A stretch of DNA of 64,000 nt from Candidatus Bathyarchaeia archaeon (GCA_049516875.1 JBEKSS010000002.1:128001-192000), one strand, 5' to 3'. Shown: positions 29,591 through 40,287, counted from the first letter of the stretch. The notes: generated by a model not told the origin, from the letters alone. Numbers and translations are program-made.

Positions 29591-31054
29591 ATGCCGATTG
29601 CAAAGGCTGTAACTTGTCCGGTCTGTGGAAGTCTCTGCGACGACATAGAGCTGAGAATCAAGAACAGAAGGATTGTCCAGGTCAAAAACGGCTGTTCAAT
29701 GTGCGAATCGAAATTCTTGGGTTACAGTGGACACAGGCTTTTGAAGCCACTTATCCGAAAGAACGGAATACTCGTTGAAGCGCCTTTCAAGGAAGCCCTT
29801 GCCAATGCCGCTGAAGTTCTCGCTGAAGCAAACTATCCAGTCCTTTACGGTTGGAGTTCCACAAGCTGCGAAGCCACACGCGTGGGTATCGAACTGGCCG
29901 AAGAGGTTGGAGGGGTAATTGACAACACTTCAACCGTGTGCCATGGCCCTTCAGTCTTAGGCATTCAAGACGTTGGCATTTCATCGTGCACGTTGGGGCA
30001 GATAAGGCACAGGGCGGATCTCGTCATCTATTGGGGAAGCAACCCGTGGAGTGCTCATCCACGACACATAGAAAGGTACACAACATTGTCAGAAGGTAAG
30101 TTTGAGAGAAGCGAATGGAAATCTTACGTCACAAAAACCAAGGCCGCGACAGCGAGGAAAAAGGTTGATAGTGCTCTGCGACAAGTGTCGCCAAAGAAGA
30201 AGCCTTACATCCCATTGACCGCCGTTGAACGCGGACCCTGTCCTGCAATTCTGAAAGCTGGCAGAAAACTGATAGTAATAGATGTTAGAAAAACTAGAAC
30301 GGCAGAAATCGCGGACTATTTTATTCAGGTTGAACCCAACAAGGACTATGAACTTCTCCAAGCCTTCAGAGCTCTGGTTCGAGATCAAGAAATAGAAACT
30401 GACAAAGTTGCTGGAGTGCCAGTAGAGTATTTGGAAGATGTCGCTGAGGCGATGATCAACTGCAATTTTGGAGTAATCTTCTTCGGGCTTGGGCTAACAA
30501 TGAGCAAGGGTAAGTCGCGGAATGTCGACGCAGCTCTCTCCTTGACTCGCGACTTGAACGCTCGCACCAAATTCGTCATAATGCCTATGCGGGGCCACTT
30601 CAACGTTTCAGGGGCAGACACGGTTTTCCTGTGGCAGACAGGTTATCCCTACGCCGTCGACTTTTCTTCAGGCTATCCAAGATACAACCCTGGAGAAACC
30701 TCTGTCATCGATGTTCTCCTACGTAAAGAATCAGACGCAGCTCTGGTAATCGCTTCAGACCCAGTTTCGAACTTCCCAAGAAAGGCTGCCGAACATTTAG
30801 TTAACAACCCACTGATAGCCATAGATCCCCACATGAACGCAACAAGCCAGATGGCTGACATCGTTTTTCCCTCGGCCTTCGTGGGAATAGAAGCAAGCGG
30901 AACAGCCTACCGCATGGATCACGTGCCCCTTCCACTCAAAAAAGTCGTTGAACCTCCCAAAAGAGTACTTTCGGACGAAGAAATCCTGAGAAGAATGCTC
31001 CTAGAGGTCAGGAAAGTAAAGAAGAGAAGAAAACTGAACCAAGGTGGAAAGTGA
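29591..31054 (+). CDS. fwdB: formylmethanofuran dehydrogenase subunit B (Cys form)
   Basis: CPVCGSLCDD, VCHGPS, CTLGQIRHRAD, MRGHFNV, TGYPYAVDF, GTAYRMD. Confidence 0.95.
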   Translation: MPIAKAVTCPVCGSLCDDIELRIKNRRIVQVKNGCSMCESKFLGYSGHRLLKPLIRKNGILVEAPFKEALANAAEVLAEANYPVLYGWSSTSCEATRVGIELAEEVGGVIDNTSTVCHGPSVLGIQDVGISSCTLGQIRHRADLVIYWGSNPWSAHPRHIERYTTLSEGKFERSEWKSYVTKTKAATARKKVDSALRQVSPKKKPYIPLTAVERGPCPAILKAGRKLIVIDVRKTRTAEIADYFIQVEPNKDYELLQAFRALVRDQEIETDKVAGVPVEYLEDVAEAMINCNFGVIFFGLGLTMSKGKSRNVDAALSLTRDLNARTKFVIMPMRGHFNVSGADTVFLWQTGYPYAVDFSSGYPRYNPGETSVIDVLLRKESDAALVIASDPVSNFPRKAAEHLVNNPLIAIDPHMNATSQMADIVFPSAFVGIEASGTAYRMDHVPLPLKKVVEPPKRVLSDEEILRRMLLEVRKVKKRRKLNQGGK

Positions 31055-32746
31055 ATGGAGCTTCTGGTGAAAAACGGCTTCGTCTACGACCCTCTTAACG
31101 GTGTTAATGGCGAAAAGATGGACATCGCTGTCAAAGATGGCAGAATCGTTGAGAGCGTCAATGAGCGAAAGGCAAAGAAGATTAATGCTTCTGGAATGAC
31201 TGTGATGCCTGGCGGTGTGGACATCCACACCCACATTGCCGGCTCAGAAGTCAACACTGGGAGGCTTTTGAGGCCTGAAGATCACTTCAAGGATTTTGAA
31301 TGCAAAACATCAGTGACGAGGGCTGGCGTCGGCCGTTCGATTCCTTCGACTTTCACCACCGGCTACCGCTACTCCAGAATGGGGTACACTACGACAATGA
31401 ATCCTTCGATGCCTCCTTTGGAAGCGAAGCACACGCATGAAGAGTTGAACGACACTCCAATGCTTGACAAGGCCTCTTACCCGCTTCTTGGCGACTGGTG
31501 GTTCGTGCTCGAATACCTGGCTCAAGGAAAAATCAAGGAATGCGCAAGACACATCGCATGGATTATGAGTTCAACGAAAGGATACGCCATAAAAATCGTC
31601 AACCCCGGCGGATTGGAAGCTTGGGGCTTCGGCCACAACGTCAAGGGTCTGGACGATCAGGTTCCCTATTTCTGTACGACACCACGAGAAATCATCCGTG
31701 GGCTGTGCAAGGCGAACAAGCTTCTGAACCTGCCTCACACGATTCATGTCCATGCAAACAACCTCGGAAAGCCGGGAAACTACACAACCGCCCTAGAAAC
31801 TTTGAAGTGCGTCGAGAACCTGGCAACTGAAGACAAGCCAGTTATTCACTTAACACACTGCCAATTCAGTGCATTCAAGGGCGACGACTGGAGAACATTG
31901 GAGTCAGGAGCAGAAGAGATTGCAAACTACATGAACGGTCACTCTCACGCGACCATGGACATGGGTCAAGTAATATTCACGGACACGACAACGATGACTG
32001 CTGACGGCCCGTTCCAATACGCGCTGTACGGACTCACGGGGAACAAATGGGTAAACCATGATGTGGAAACCGAGACAAGCGGGGGCATCGTGCCTTTCCG
32101 CTATCATCGCAAGAGCTACGTTCACGCGGTCCAATGGTCCATCGGCCTGGAGCTGGCTTTACTCATCAAAGACCCCTGGAAAATCTTCATGACGACAGAC
32201 CATCCTAACGGGGGGCCTTTCACGGCTTATCCAAAGATTATCGCTTGGCTCATCAGCAAAAAAGCGAGAGAGGCAAGCTTGAAGAGAATCAACGCGCGAG
32301 CGCGCAGCCGAAGCCTTCTACCGTCAATAAATCGTGAGCTGAGCCTCTACGAGATTGCAACGGTGACCAGGGCCGGGCAGGCCAGAGCATTGGGTCTGAA
32401 GAACAAGGGGCACTTGGGCGTCGGAGCGGACGCTGACATAGCGGTTTACAATGTGAACCCTGAAACAACCGATATTTCAAGGAAGTACAGAACCGTCAGA
32501 AAAGCGTTCAGAAGGGCCGCCTACACTGTTAAGGGTGGAGAACTGGTTGTCAAGGACGGCGCGATTCTCAAACATGTTGACGGCGGTACGATGTGGCTTG
32601 ACGTAAGAGTCTCTGAACCGGCAAAAATAACAGGCGACATGAAGAGAAGGTTCAAAGAGTACTGGACAGTTGAGTATGAAAACTATCCCGTAAACGAAGA
32701 TCACCTCAGAGGGTTGGACCCAATAACCGTGAAGGCTCGTGTCTAA
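31055..32746 (+). CDS. fwdA: formylmethanofuran dehydrogenase subunit A
   Basis: GGVDIHTH, KIVNPGG, HVHANNLG, TTDHPNGGPF amidohydrolase motifs. Confidence 0.95.
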   Translation: MELLVKNGFVYDPLNGVNGEKMDIAVKDGRIVESVNERKAKKINASGMTVMPGGVDIHTHIAGSEVNTGRLLRPEDHFKDFECKTSVTRAGVGRSIPSTFTTGYRYSRMGYTTTMNPSMPPLEAKHTHEELNDTPMLDKASYPLLGDWWFVLEYLAQGKIKECARHIAWIMSSTKGYAIKIVNPGGLEAWGFGHNVKGLDDQVPYFCTTPREIIRGLCKANKLLNLPHTIHVHANNLGKPGNYTTALETLKCVENLATEDKPVIHLTHCQFSAFKGDDWRTLESGAEEIANYMNGHSHATMDMGQVIFTDTTTMTADGPFQYALYGLTGNKWVNHDVETETSGGIVPFRYHRKSYVHAVQWSIGLELALLIKDPWKIFMTTDHPNGGPFTAYPKIIAWLISKKAREASLKRINARARSRSLLPSINRELSLYEIATVTRAGQARALGLKNKGHLGVGADADIAVYNVNPETTDISRKYRTVRKAFRRAAYTVKGGELVVKDGAILKHVDGGTMWLDVRVSEPAKITGDMKRRFKEYWTVEYENYPVNEDHLRGLDPITVKARV

Positions 32747-33571
32747 ATGATAAGCCTGCGCCCTCTAAAGGATTTCAGGTTTCCAGTCCTGGCCGGGTGC
32801 ATAAACCCCGATGGTTTTCAAGGAAAGACACTGAATGAAATAGAGACTTTGCAGGTTTGGGAAGGGAACAAACAGAAAAAACTCGGTGAACTCTTTAAGA
32901 TTGACGAAGTCAAAACGGAAAACCAACCTGACAATCCGGCTGTAACGGTCTACGGCGACGTTAGCAAGGTTCGAAGAATCGGGTTAGGAATGAAGGGCGG
33001 AGAGATAACAATCAACGGCGACGCCGGAATGCATTTGGGCGAAGAGATGAAGGGCGGCAACATCACCGTTCACGGAAACACTGCAGGATGGACGGGGTCG
33101 ATGATGAAAGCAGGCACAATAGAGATTTTCGGAAGCGCCGGCGACTACCTAGGCGCTCCGTACCGGGGAAGCACCGAGGGCATGCACGGAGGAAGAATGA
33201 TTGTCCATGGAAATGTTGGAACCGAAGCAGGAGCCAACATGAAGAAGGGCATAATCAAAATCTATGGCAGTGCGGGTCAATTCGTAGGCTTCCGTATGCA
33301 TGACGGGACAATCTACGTTCAAGGAGACTGTGAAGGAAGAGCAGGAGCATGCATGGTAGACGGCAAAATCGTAGTTGGAGGGCACCTGGAATCTGTTCTC
33401 CCCTCATTCACTATAGACGGCATCAGAGCGAAGGTCAAGATTGAAGAAAACGAAGTGGCCGAAGGGCCCTTGTACGTTTTTCTCGGAGACCTTGTGGAAA
33501 ACGGAAACGGCAAACTTTATGTCTCCAAAGAGAAGAATCCACATCTAAACTCTTACGAAAAATTCCTCTGA
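32747..33571 (+). CDS. fwdC: formylmethanofuran dehydrogenase subunit C
   Basis: Repeated GxxMxGGxIxIxG beta-helix. Confidence 0.95.
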   Translation: MISLRPLKDFRFPVLAGCINPDGFQGKTLNEIETLQVWEGNKQKKLGELFKIDEVKTENQPDNPAVTVYGDVSKVRRIGLGMKGGEITINGDAGMHLGEEMKGGNITVHGNTAGWTGSMMKAGTIEIFGSAGDYLGAPYRGSTEGMHGGRMIVHGNVGTEAGANMKKGIIKIYGSAGQFVGFRMHDGTIYVQGDCEGRAGACMVDGKIVVGGHLESVLPSFTIDGIRAKVKIEENEVAEGPLYVFLGDLVENGNGKLYVSKEKNPHLNSYEKFL

Positions 33572-33581
33572 GGAGAAAGCC

Positions 33582-34556
33582 TTGATGAAAAAACCCTTGA
33601 GCGTAAATCGCCTAGCGTGGAAACTGCTGGATGAACTCGTTGAAAACGCAGATCTCTACGGAGTCAAGGTCGAAGAAACGGAATCGGGAACCACCATAAT
33701 CGACGCAGGAGTGAATGCGAGGGGAGGTTTTCAGGCAGGAAAGATTGTCACCGAAATATGCATGGGAGGATGCGGAAAAGCCGAAATAGCCTGCCGAGGG
33801 TATGGAGACCTAGACCTTCCGTCAATACAAATCTACTCAGACCATCCGGTCATCGCAACTTTAGGCTCACAGTATGCTGGGTGGCAAATAAACGAAGAAG
33901 GCTACTTCGCAATAGGCTCAGGGCCGGCAAGAGCATTGGCGCAGAAGCCGAAGGACATCTACGGAGAAATCGGGTACAAGGACGATTTCAACAGAGGAGT
34001 CGTAGTTCTTGAGACTGACAAGTGTCCGCCCGCGAATATCGTGGAGCGCTTTGCAAAAGACTGTAAGATATCACCTCAAAATCTGGCAATAGTGTTGACT
34101 CCGACAGCCAGCCTAACCGGAGCAACGCAAGTGTCAGGCAGAATAGTCGAAACAGGGATCCACAAGCTCAGAAGACTCGGACTAGATGCTAATGTGATCA
34201 TCTACGCTTCTGGATATGCGCCAATTTCCCCTATCCATCCGAAGTTCGCGAGGGCTATGGCAAGGACAAACGACGCCATCCTCTATGGCGGAACTGCCTA
34301 CTATGTCGTTGAGCATGACAATGATGAAAAACTGGAGGAGATGGTGAACAAGGCTCCATCCATGGCGTCCGAGGCCTATGGAAGGCCTTTCATAGAAATC
34401 TTCAAGGAAGCAAAATACGACTTCTACAAGATTGACCCAAACCTCTTTGCACCGGCAGTGCTCATCATAAACAACGCAAAGACTGGAAACACGTTTCGAA
34501 GTGGGAAAATAAACGCTGAAGCCTTGGCGAAATCATTCGATCTGAAGAAAAAATGA
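33582..34556 (+). CDS. mch: methenyltetrahydromethanopterin cyclohydrolase
   Basis: SVNRLA, LGSQYAGW, GSGPARALA, RIVETG.HK, TNDAILYGG, DFYKIDPNLFAPA. Confidence 0.95.
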   Translation: MMKKPLSVNRLAWKLLDELVENADLYGVKVEETESGTTIIDAGVNARGGFQAGKIVTEICMGGCGKAEIACRGYGDLDLPSIQIYSDHPVIATLGSQYAGWQINEEGYFAIGSGPARALAQKPKDIYGEIGYKDDFNRGVVVLETDKCPPANIVERFAKDCKISPQNLAIVLTPTASLTGATQVSGRIVETGIHKLRRLGLDANVIIYASGYAPISPIHPKFARAMARTNDAILYGGTAYYVVEHDNDEKLEEMVNKAPSMASEAYGRPFIEIFKEAKYDFYKIDPNLFAPAVLIINNAKTGNTFRSGKINAEALAKSFDLKKK

Positions 34557-34564
34557 CAAACCGG

Positions 34565-35191
34565 TCAGGGCTGAATTTTACCTGCCGCCCCAGTCGATTT
34601 CTGTGGTTTCTGAACATAAAGAAATCTGTTGACGAATTCTCTGAAACCGGTATTTCCGGCAAGCGCACCCATTAGAACGCTCATCACGATTATCTCTACC
34701 CATGCCTTTGGAATAACGAGGGGAATGAGATATGCCATTCCTTGGCCGTTGACAAAGGTCATGATGTATAGAAAGTATAAGACAGTGTAGATGCATTCCG
34801 GGACATAGGATAGAAGTGTTGCCGGAATGGCGTAGAATGAATGCTGCGAACCGTTTCCTATTTTCAGTTTCTTGTACAGCAGGCCCGCCGTGAACCCGGT
34901 CATTGCCTTTCCTATTGGCACTCCTATGACCGCAAACAATCCTTGGCCAAAAACAAAACCAAAATAGTAGCCGGAATAGAGACCGCCAAAAAGCCCTACA
35001 ATAGCCCCTACAATCGGCCCCCCGAAAATCGCGGCTATGAACGTTGCAATGTGAGAAAGATCTAGTGCGGCTCCTCCTTGCCCCACAGTGCTAAGAATTG
35101 GCGCAATGTTGAGCGAGATTGCTGATAGGACTATGCCCAGAGCACTCAGCATTGCGATGAATGCGGTTCGTTTTGCGTCCATGTTCTCCAT
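34565..35191 (-). CDS. ECF transporter S component
   Basis: Six TM helices, AFIAMLSAL, LDLSH...FGGP..G pattern. Confidence 0.8.
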   Translation of the reverse strand: MENMDAKRTAFIAMLSALGIVLSAISLNIAPILSTVGQGGAALDLSHIATFIAAIFGGPIVGAIVGLFGGLYSGYYFGFVFGQGLFAVIGVPIGKAMTGFTAGLLYKKLKIGNGSQHSFYAIPATLLSYVPECIYTVLYFLYIMTFVNGQGMAYLIPLVIPKAWVEIIVMSVLMGALAGNTGFREFVNRFLYVQKPQKSTGAAGKIQP

Positions 35192-36265
35192 CTCGGGACT
35201 GCGGTGATGATACTTTGAGATAACTACTTAAGAGTAGCTACTCAAAAAGGAGTACAGATGCCGCGAAGGTTCTGTTACCTCCGTGTCGGTTTGATCTTCC
35301 TGTTACTTTTCGTCTGCTGGCTTGGGTTCTGCGTAGTCTTCGTCGGATTTGAGTCCATGTGAAAATTCCACGCATTTTTCTTTTGTGACTTTGGGTTCTG
35401 TTAACTTCTCATGGGATGGGCATTCGTGTTAACTATCGTGGGATATGTTCTGCTAGATTCTGGCATCGATGATGAGACTCGCTTCTGAATTGCTCAGGAA
35501 GTTGCTGAGTCCAAAGTATAAGCATGATTCTAGAAGGTTGTTCGGTCTACAGATAGAAAAAGGATGGGAATCTTAGTGGCCTTGCGTCTTCTGCATGATA
35601 GTGCGATTCATTTCATTTTTTCTCTTTCGTTCTTGCATTTCTTTCTTGTTTTGCTTATATCGCATGTTTTTCACTTCCTAACTGTTTGCCAAAAAGTAAA
35701 AGCGGAGAACCCGAATTTCTCGGTCTTACTGGGCAAAAACTTTTTGCTTCTGGCAGAGTGGGAAGCGGAGTATATTAACATGCTGGATTCAAAGTTTGTA
35801 TTGCCACGAAGTACGAACGTGCCAAAAAGAGCCCATAGGCAATTTTTCTGTTGTGAGCCCATATTGAGTTATCGAAAGCGACCTTCTCCTTAGAAGTGGC
35901 TTGTCGTGAGAAGAAAAGGCAACAGCATTATCCGTGTTGTTGCTGGAGAACGTTTCAGGACAAAGAAGAAGGCTGAGAAAGAAGCTAGAGAATGGAACAA
36001 GGCGTACAAGGGTTCTAATATCAAATTCATGGTGCGTGAGGAAGGCTGGAGAAGAAAACGCTGGCACTCATAGAGCGGAAGACTCTTGCTTCACTCTTCT
36101 ATCGAAAAATCTTATTTTGCGCTTAGTTATCTACCGGAGTCAAAGCTTCTAGGTTGGATATCAAAAAGGACGTTTCTCTTCTGTTTCTTTGGGTCGCAAA
36201 ATCCGTATGGGCTCTTTTTCACCGAAGACTTTTACAGAACCCAAAAGCAAATTTGAAAGATTAAT

Positions 36266-37546
36266 ATGCCCTATGTATATTTTGTAATGGGAAAGTCTTT
36301 GTCTGAAACATTGAAATTCTCTTCAAAGGACATCAAAGGCTGGCTTGAACGTGAAACTGGGTCCGTCTTCGTTCCCGTTCACACGAAAGCTCAAAAGCTA
36401 ATCGATGAAATGCGTCGAACGTTGGACAGTCTCTCCGAGGTTTCTAAGATGCTCATGGATAACAGTGCCAAAGAGATTGAAAAAAGAAACATGAAGATCT
36501 ATCGCAGAGCCAGAGCGCTGAACAGGTTGGCTCGACTGTTTTGCGAACGGATGCGCCAACTCAAGGTTCCGGACAAGGTTTCGTATGACAGTTTCAGCGA
36601 ATTCCTCCAGGAATTACAAAAAGCGTTTACTGTAACCGACGTTGACATTAGGAACTGGTTCCCAAGAATCTCGCCGTTCTTCATTCTTGACAGGCGAAGA
36701 TTTCAAACCATTTTTGAGAAAGCAAAAGAGTCGCTGAAGGACCTTCAGAATTTCCTGGCAAAAGAATACGTTAAAACGAAGACTCTGGAAGAGACATTCC
36801 AGCTCATCGACAAACTGCTTGATCTTGAACAGCAGCTCAAAAATCTTGACGATCGGATGGCAAAGACTGGAAGCGATAAGGCTTCAGTCGAAAAAGAAAT
36901 AGCTGAGGCACAGCAGAAAATGGCTGAATTGAGAAGCCGTGGAGGCATCGGCCAGCTACATCAGACTGGGACAGAGATAGATTCTTTGAGCATGGATGTG
37001 AAGCACAGCTTACAACACCTTCAAAAACCCTTCATAAAGCTTCAATCACTCGCAACGCACGGGGGAGGAAGTGGTTTGACACCGGAAGAACTCGGCAAAC
37101 TCTACCAGTATCTGGAAAATCCGTTCGAGGCCTTTTCCACAGAGGCTCCTGGGCATCCGCTGCTGAGACAGATACTTCTGAAGCTGGATCGTTCCATCTC
37201 TGAGGGGAAACTGAAGCTGAAACCGGAGAAAATACGAAAAGCGGAACAGACCATAGACAGTATCGTCAACAGAAACTCTCTAGCAGATCTCCATCAAAAG
37301 AGCAGGGACGCAATGGCTCGCAAAACTCAGCTTTCAACGTCGGAAGAAGTGACAGTGATGCAGGAGAATCTGTCAAAAATCCAAGCCCACGTCGGGGATC
37401 TGACAAGAAAAAGAGGAGTGGTCGAGACAGAGGAAGCCTCCATCAAAAGAGCACGAGAGGAGACGTCGGAGAAGATCCATAGTCACAAGGCCGAAATAGA
37501 GAAGAACATTTTCAGCTTCTTGAACAAAACCGTCAGAATTGAATAG
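36266..37546 (+). CDS. long coiled-coil hypothetical protein
   Basis: Heptad-rich E/K/L helical sequence, overlaps downstream phosphatase gene. Confidence 0.8.
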   Translation: MPYVYFVMGKSLSETLKFSSKDIKGWLERETGSVFVPVHTKAQKLIDEMRRTLDSLSEVSKMLMDNSAKEIEKRNMKIYRRARALNRLARLFCERMRQLKVPDKVSYDSFSEFLQELQKAFTVTDVDIRNWFPRISPFFILDRRRFQTIFEKAKESLKDLQNFLAKEYVKTKTLEETFQLIDKLLDLEQQLKNLDDRMAKTGSDKASVEKEIAEAQQKMAELRSRGGIGQLHQTGTEIDSLSMDVKHSLQHLQKPFIKLQSLATHGGGSGLTPEELGKLYQYLENPFEAFSTEAPGHPLLRQILLKLDRSISEGKLKLKPEKIRKAEQTIDSIVNRNSLADLHQKSRDAMARKTQLSTSEEVTVMQENLSKIQAHVGDLTRKRGVVETEEASIKRAREETSEKIHSHKAEIEKNIFSFLNKTVRIE

Positions 37547-38489
37547 GCTGAGATTGATTCTGCCGACTGTCCTTTCACGAATCGTCAAAGAATCCCTGGA
37601 AATTCACACCGCAGAATTCGCCAAGACAGTCGAACAAGTTACTGCGCTACTCAAAAAAGAAGACGGAAGAGTCGGGAATCTCCATATCAAAGGTAGACTC
37701 GTAGAGATTGAGCCGGCAGGCGAGGCTTTGGTCGTCGGTGACTTGCACGGAGATCTTGAGAGTCTGATCGAAATCCTGCAGCAGAGCAACATTCTGGATA
37801 GAATGGAGAAGTCTTCCGACTCAATCCTTATCTTTTTAGGAGACTACGGTGACCGTGGAGCATATCCTGCGGAAACCTATTACACGGTTTTACAGTTGAA
37901 GCTGCTCCATCCCGAGCAGGTTGTCCTGATGCGTGGAAACCATGAGGGGCCCGAAGATCTCATGCCGTCCCCGCACGACCTGCCATCGCAGTTTCAGGCA
38001 AGGTTTGGGGAGAAATGGACTGAGGCATACGTTGAGACTCGCGGACTGTTTGAACACCTTTACACTGCGCTGCTCGTTCACAGACGGTACCTAATGGTCC
38101 ATGGAGGACTACCGAAAGAATTGAACACGGTTGAAGACTTGGCTTATGCACACACCTTGCACCCCAAACGTCCCCTGTTAGAGGAGATTCTCTGGAGCGA
38201 CCCGGACGAGGCAGTTGAAGAAGCAAGCGCATCGCCCAGAGGCGCAGGAAATCTATTCGGCAAGAACGTAACGAAAAGGACGCTGGCGAAGTTGAACGTG
38301 AAGATTCTCATAAGAGGACACGAACCGTGCGAGGATGGCTTCAAGATTAGCCACAACGGCAGAGTTTTGACCCTGTTTTCGCGAAAAGGGCCCCCATACT
38401 TCAATGCTTACGGAGCCTACCTGGACGTGAAGCTCGACAAAGAGTTTGAAGACGCTGATGAGCTGCTCCCGTACATTCACAGATTCTAG
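37539..38489 (+). CDS. PPP-family Ser/Thr protein phosphatase
   Basis: GDLHGD, LGDYGDRG, RGNHE, VHGG, LWSDP, SPRG, IRGHE, LTLFS. Confidence 0.92.
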   Translation: MNRLRLILPTVLSRIVKESLEIHTAEFAKTVEQVTALLKKEDGRVGNLHIKGRLVEIEPAGEALVVGDLHGDLESLIEILQQSNILDRMEKSSDSILIFLGDYGDRGAYPAETYYTVLQLKLLHPEQVVLMRGNHEGPEDLMPSPHDLPSQFQARFGEKWTEAYVETRGLFEHLYTALLVHRRYLMVHGGLPKELNTVEDLAYAHTLHPKRPLLEEILWSDPDEAVEEASASPRGAGNLFGKNVTKRTLAKLNVKILIRGHEPCEDGFKISHNGRVLTLFSRKGPPYFNAYGAYLDVKLDKEFEDADELLPYIHRF

Positions 38490-38568
38490 GAGCACACTCG
38501 TTCACGGAAACTTTAAGAAGACAACCAAGTAGCATCTTTCAAAGACGCAGCCTACGGAAGGATCGCTT

Positions 38569-39447
38569 TTGAAAGTTGGAATCGCGACAAGGAACCCAAA
38601 CTCCTACAGCTCTGCCCAACTCCAAGAAGCCCTGGGCAAACGCGTTATTCCATGCGTGTGTTTCAGCTTTCCACAAATCTTGGCTCGCGTTGGGTACAAG
38701 CCCTCCGTGGAAACTGGAAACCTTAAACTCAGCGAGGAGCTGGACTGCTTGATTATCCGTCCGATTGGAAAGGGGTCGCTCGAGGAGTTGGTGTTCCGGA
38801 TGGACGTTCTGTACAGACTTCGACGTTTAGGGTTGTACGTGATAAACCCGCCAGAAGCCATTGAACACTGTGTTGATAAGTACGACATTCTTGCCATTAT
38901 GGAGGAAAAGGGTCTGCCCGTCCCACGGACAGCGGTGACTGAAAACACTGATGAAGCGCTAAAGGCTTTCGATGAGCTCGGCGGGGATGTCGTCGTCAAG
39001 CCCGTATTCGGCTCTAGAGGTGTTGGATCGACTAGAATCAATGATCGTGAAGTCGCTTCGACGGTTTTTAGGGCGATAAGGTTCTCTCACGGGGTGATTT
39101 ATCTCCAGGAATTCGTGCATCATGGCTTTTCCGACATACGAGCCTTCGTCGTCGGCAACCGTGTCGTGGCCGCGATGAGACGTGTTGCACAAGATTGGAA
39201 AACCAACTACAGCCGGGGAGCCCGTCCAGTTGCAATAAGTCTCGACAAAACGCTGGAAGAAATTGCCATCAAGTCGGCTCAACTCGTCGAATGCAAGATA
39301 GCAGGCGTAGACATACTCGAAAGCCCAAAAGGACCAGTCGTTGTTGAAGTGAACAGTCAACCCGGATGGAAGGGTTTGCAATCGGTCACGCATGTCAAGA
39401 TTGCTGACGAGATTCTGGATTTCGTGCTCTCAGAATTGAAGAAGTGA
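38569..39447 (+). CDS. RimK-family ATP-grasp ligase (MptN-like candidate)
   Basis: DKY, PVPRT, KPVFGSRG.G, YLQEF, DIRAFVVG, WKTN, GVD, EVNSQPGW. Confidence 0.88.
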   Translation: MKVGIATRNPNSYSSAQLQEALGKRVIPCVCFSFPQILARVGYKPSVETGNLKLSEELDCLIIRPIGKGSLEELVFRMDVLYRLRRLGLYVINPPEAIEHCVDKYDILAIMEEKGLPVPRTAVTENTDEALKAFDELGGDVVVKPVFGSRGVGSTRINDREVASTVFRAIRFSHGVIYLQEFVHHGFSDIRAFVVGNRVVAAMRRVAQDWKTNYSRGARPVAISLDKTLEEIAIKSAQLVECKIAGVDILESPKGPVVVEVNSQPGWKGLQSVTHVKIADEILDFVLSELKK

Positions 39448-40238
39448 CCACTATGTTGAAGGTTGACATTGTAAAAGTTGATGTTTCAGCTGGAAATGCT
39501 CAGAAGACGACGGACTATGTGGCTGAAGAAAAGCCCCTGCACATATTCCTGAACCGAACTCGGTATGTCACCATTTTCTGCTCACCTTCAAAGCTGAAGG
39601 AACTGGCGGTTGGACACGCTATTTCTGAGGGAATAGTGAAGTCGATAGAGGAGGTAGAAGGAATAGACTTGAAAGAAGAGGAAGGGGTTTGCAGGATCAA
39701 CCTGAAACCTGATGTCAAGCTTGAGAAAAGGCTGAAGCTCTCGAAGCATTTCTCGCGCGTAATCTTCTCAGCTTGTGGCAGCACAACACCGTATCAGCCA
39801 ACCTTGGGACTTGCCAAGATCCAGTCGGACTTGAAGGTCAAAGCTGAAATAATCTTGAACTGTGTCAACCGCCTTAACTTTGTTGCAGAGACTTTTAGAA
39901 AGACGGGCGGTGTGCACGTTGCTGCAATTTATAGCAGCGACGGAACGCTTGTAACGTTCGCTGAGGACGTTGGACGCCACAACGCTGTCGACAAGGTAAT
40001 CGGTTCATGCACCTTGAAGGGAACTGATTTATGCAATTGCTTCCTTGCCCTTAGTGGGCGACTAACCGGCGATATTGCTCTTAAAGCTGCAAGAACGGGT
40101 TTGCCAATAATAGTTTCTTTGGCTGCTGCCATAGACTCTGGTATTACAGTTGCCAAAGACACATGTTTAACATTGGTTGGGTTTGTACGAGGGAAACGTA
40201 TGAACATTTATAATTGTGCCGAACGTGTCTGTCTGTGA
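39444..40238 (+). CDS. fdhD: formate dehydrogenase accessory sulfurtransferase FdhD
   Basis: VAEEKPL, SACG, F.KTGGVHVA, EDVGRHNAVDKVIG, LVGFVRG. Confidence 0.92.
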   Translation: MTTMLKVDIVKVDVSAGNAQKTTDYVAEEKPLHIFLNRTRYVTIFCSPSKLKELAVGHAISEGIVKSIEEVEGIDLKEEEGVCRINLKPDVKLEKRLKLSKHFSRVIFSACGSTTPYQPTLGLAKIQSDLKVKAEIILNCVNRLNFVAETFRKTGGVHVAAIYSSDGTLVTFAEDVGRHNAVDKVIGSCTLKGTDLCNCFLALSGRLTGDIALKAARTGLPIIVSLAAAIDSGITVAKDTCLTLVGFVRGKRMNIYNCAERVCL

Positions 40239-40287
40239 TTCTTTTGTAATGCTTGTTGCTGAAAAAAGAAAGGGAACTGATGAGACT

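Noticed and set aside
11687-31054. Selenocysteine recoding or SECIS in hdrA, mvhD or fwdB
   Set aside because: All frames are open with Cys at the relevant positions; no in-frame TGA
35258-35489. Hydrophobic interrupted frame (MPRRFCYLRVGLIFLLLF...) suggesting a membrane-protein pseudogene
   Set aside because: Two stops, no recognisable family; T-rich intergenic DNA yields hydrophobic translations by chance
35564-36152. Several 63-109 aa ORFs in a long AT-rich gap
   Set aside because: Overlapping, low-complexity, no motifs or SD; likely non-coding
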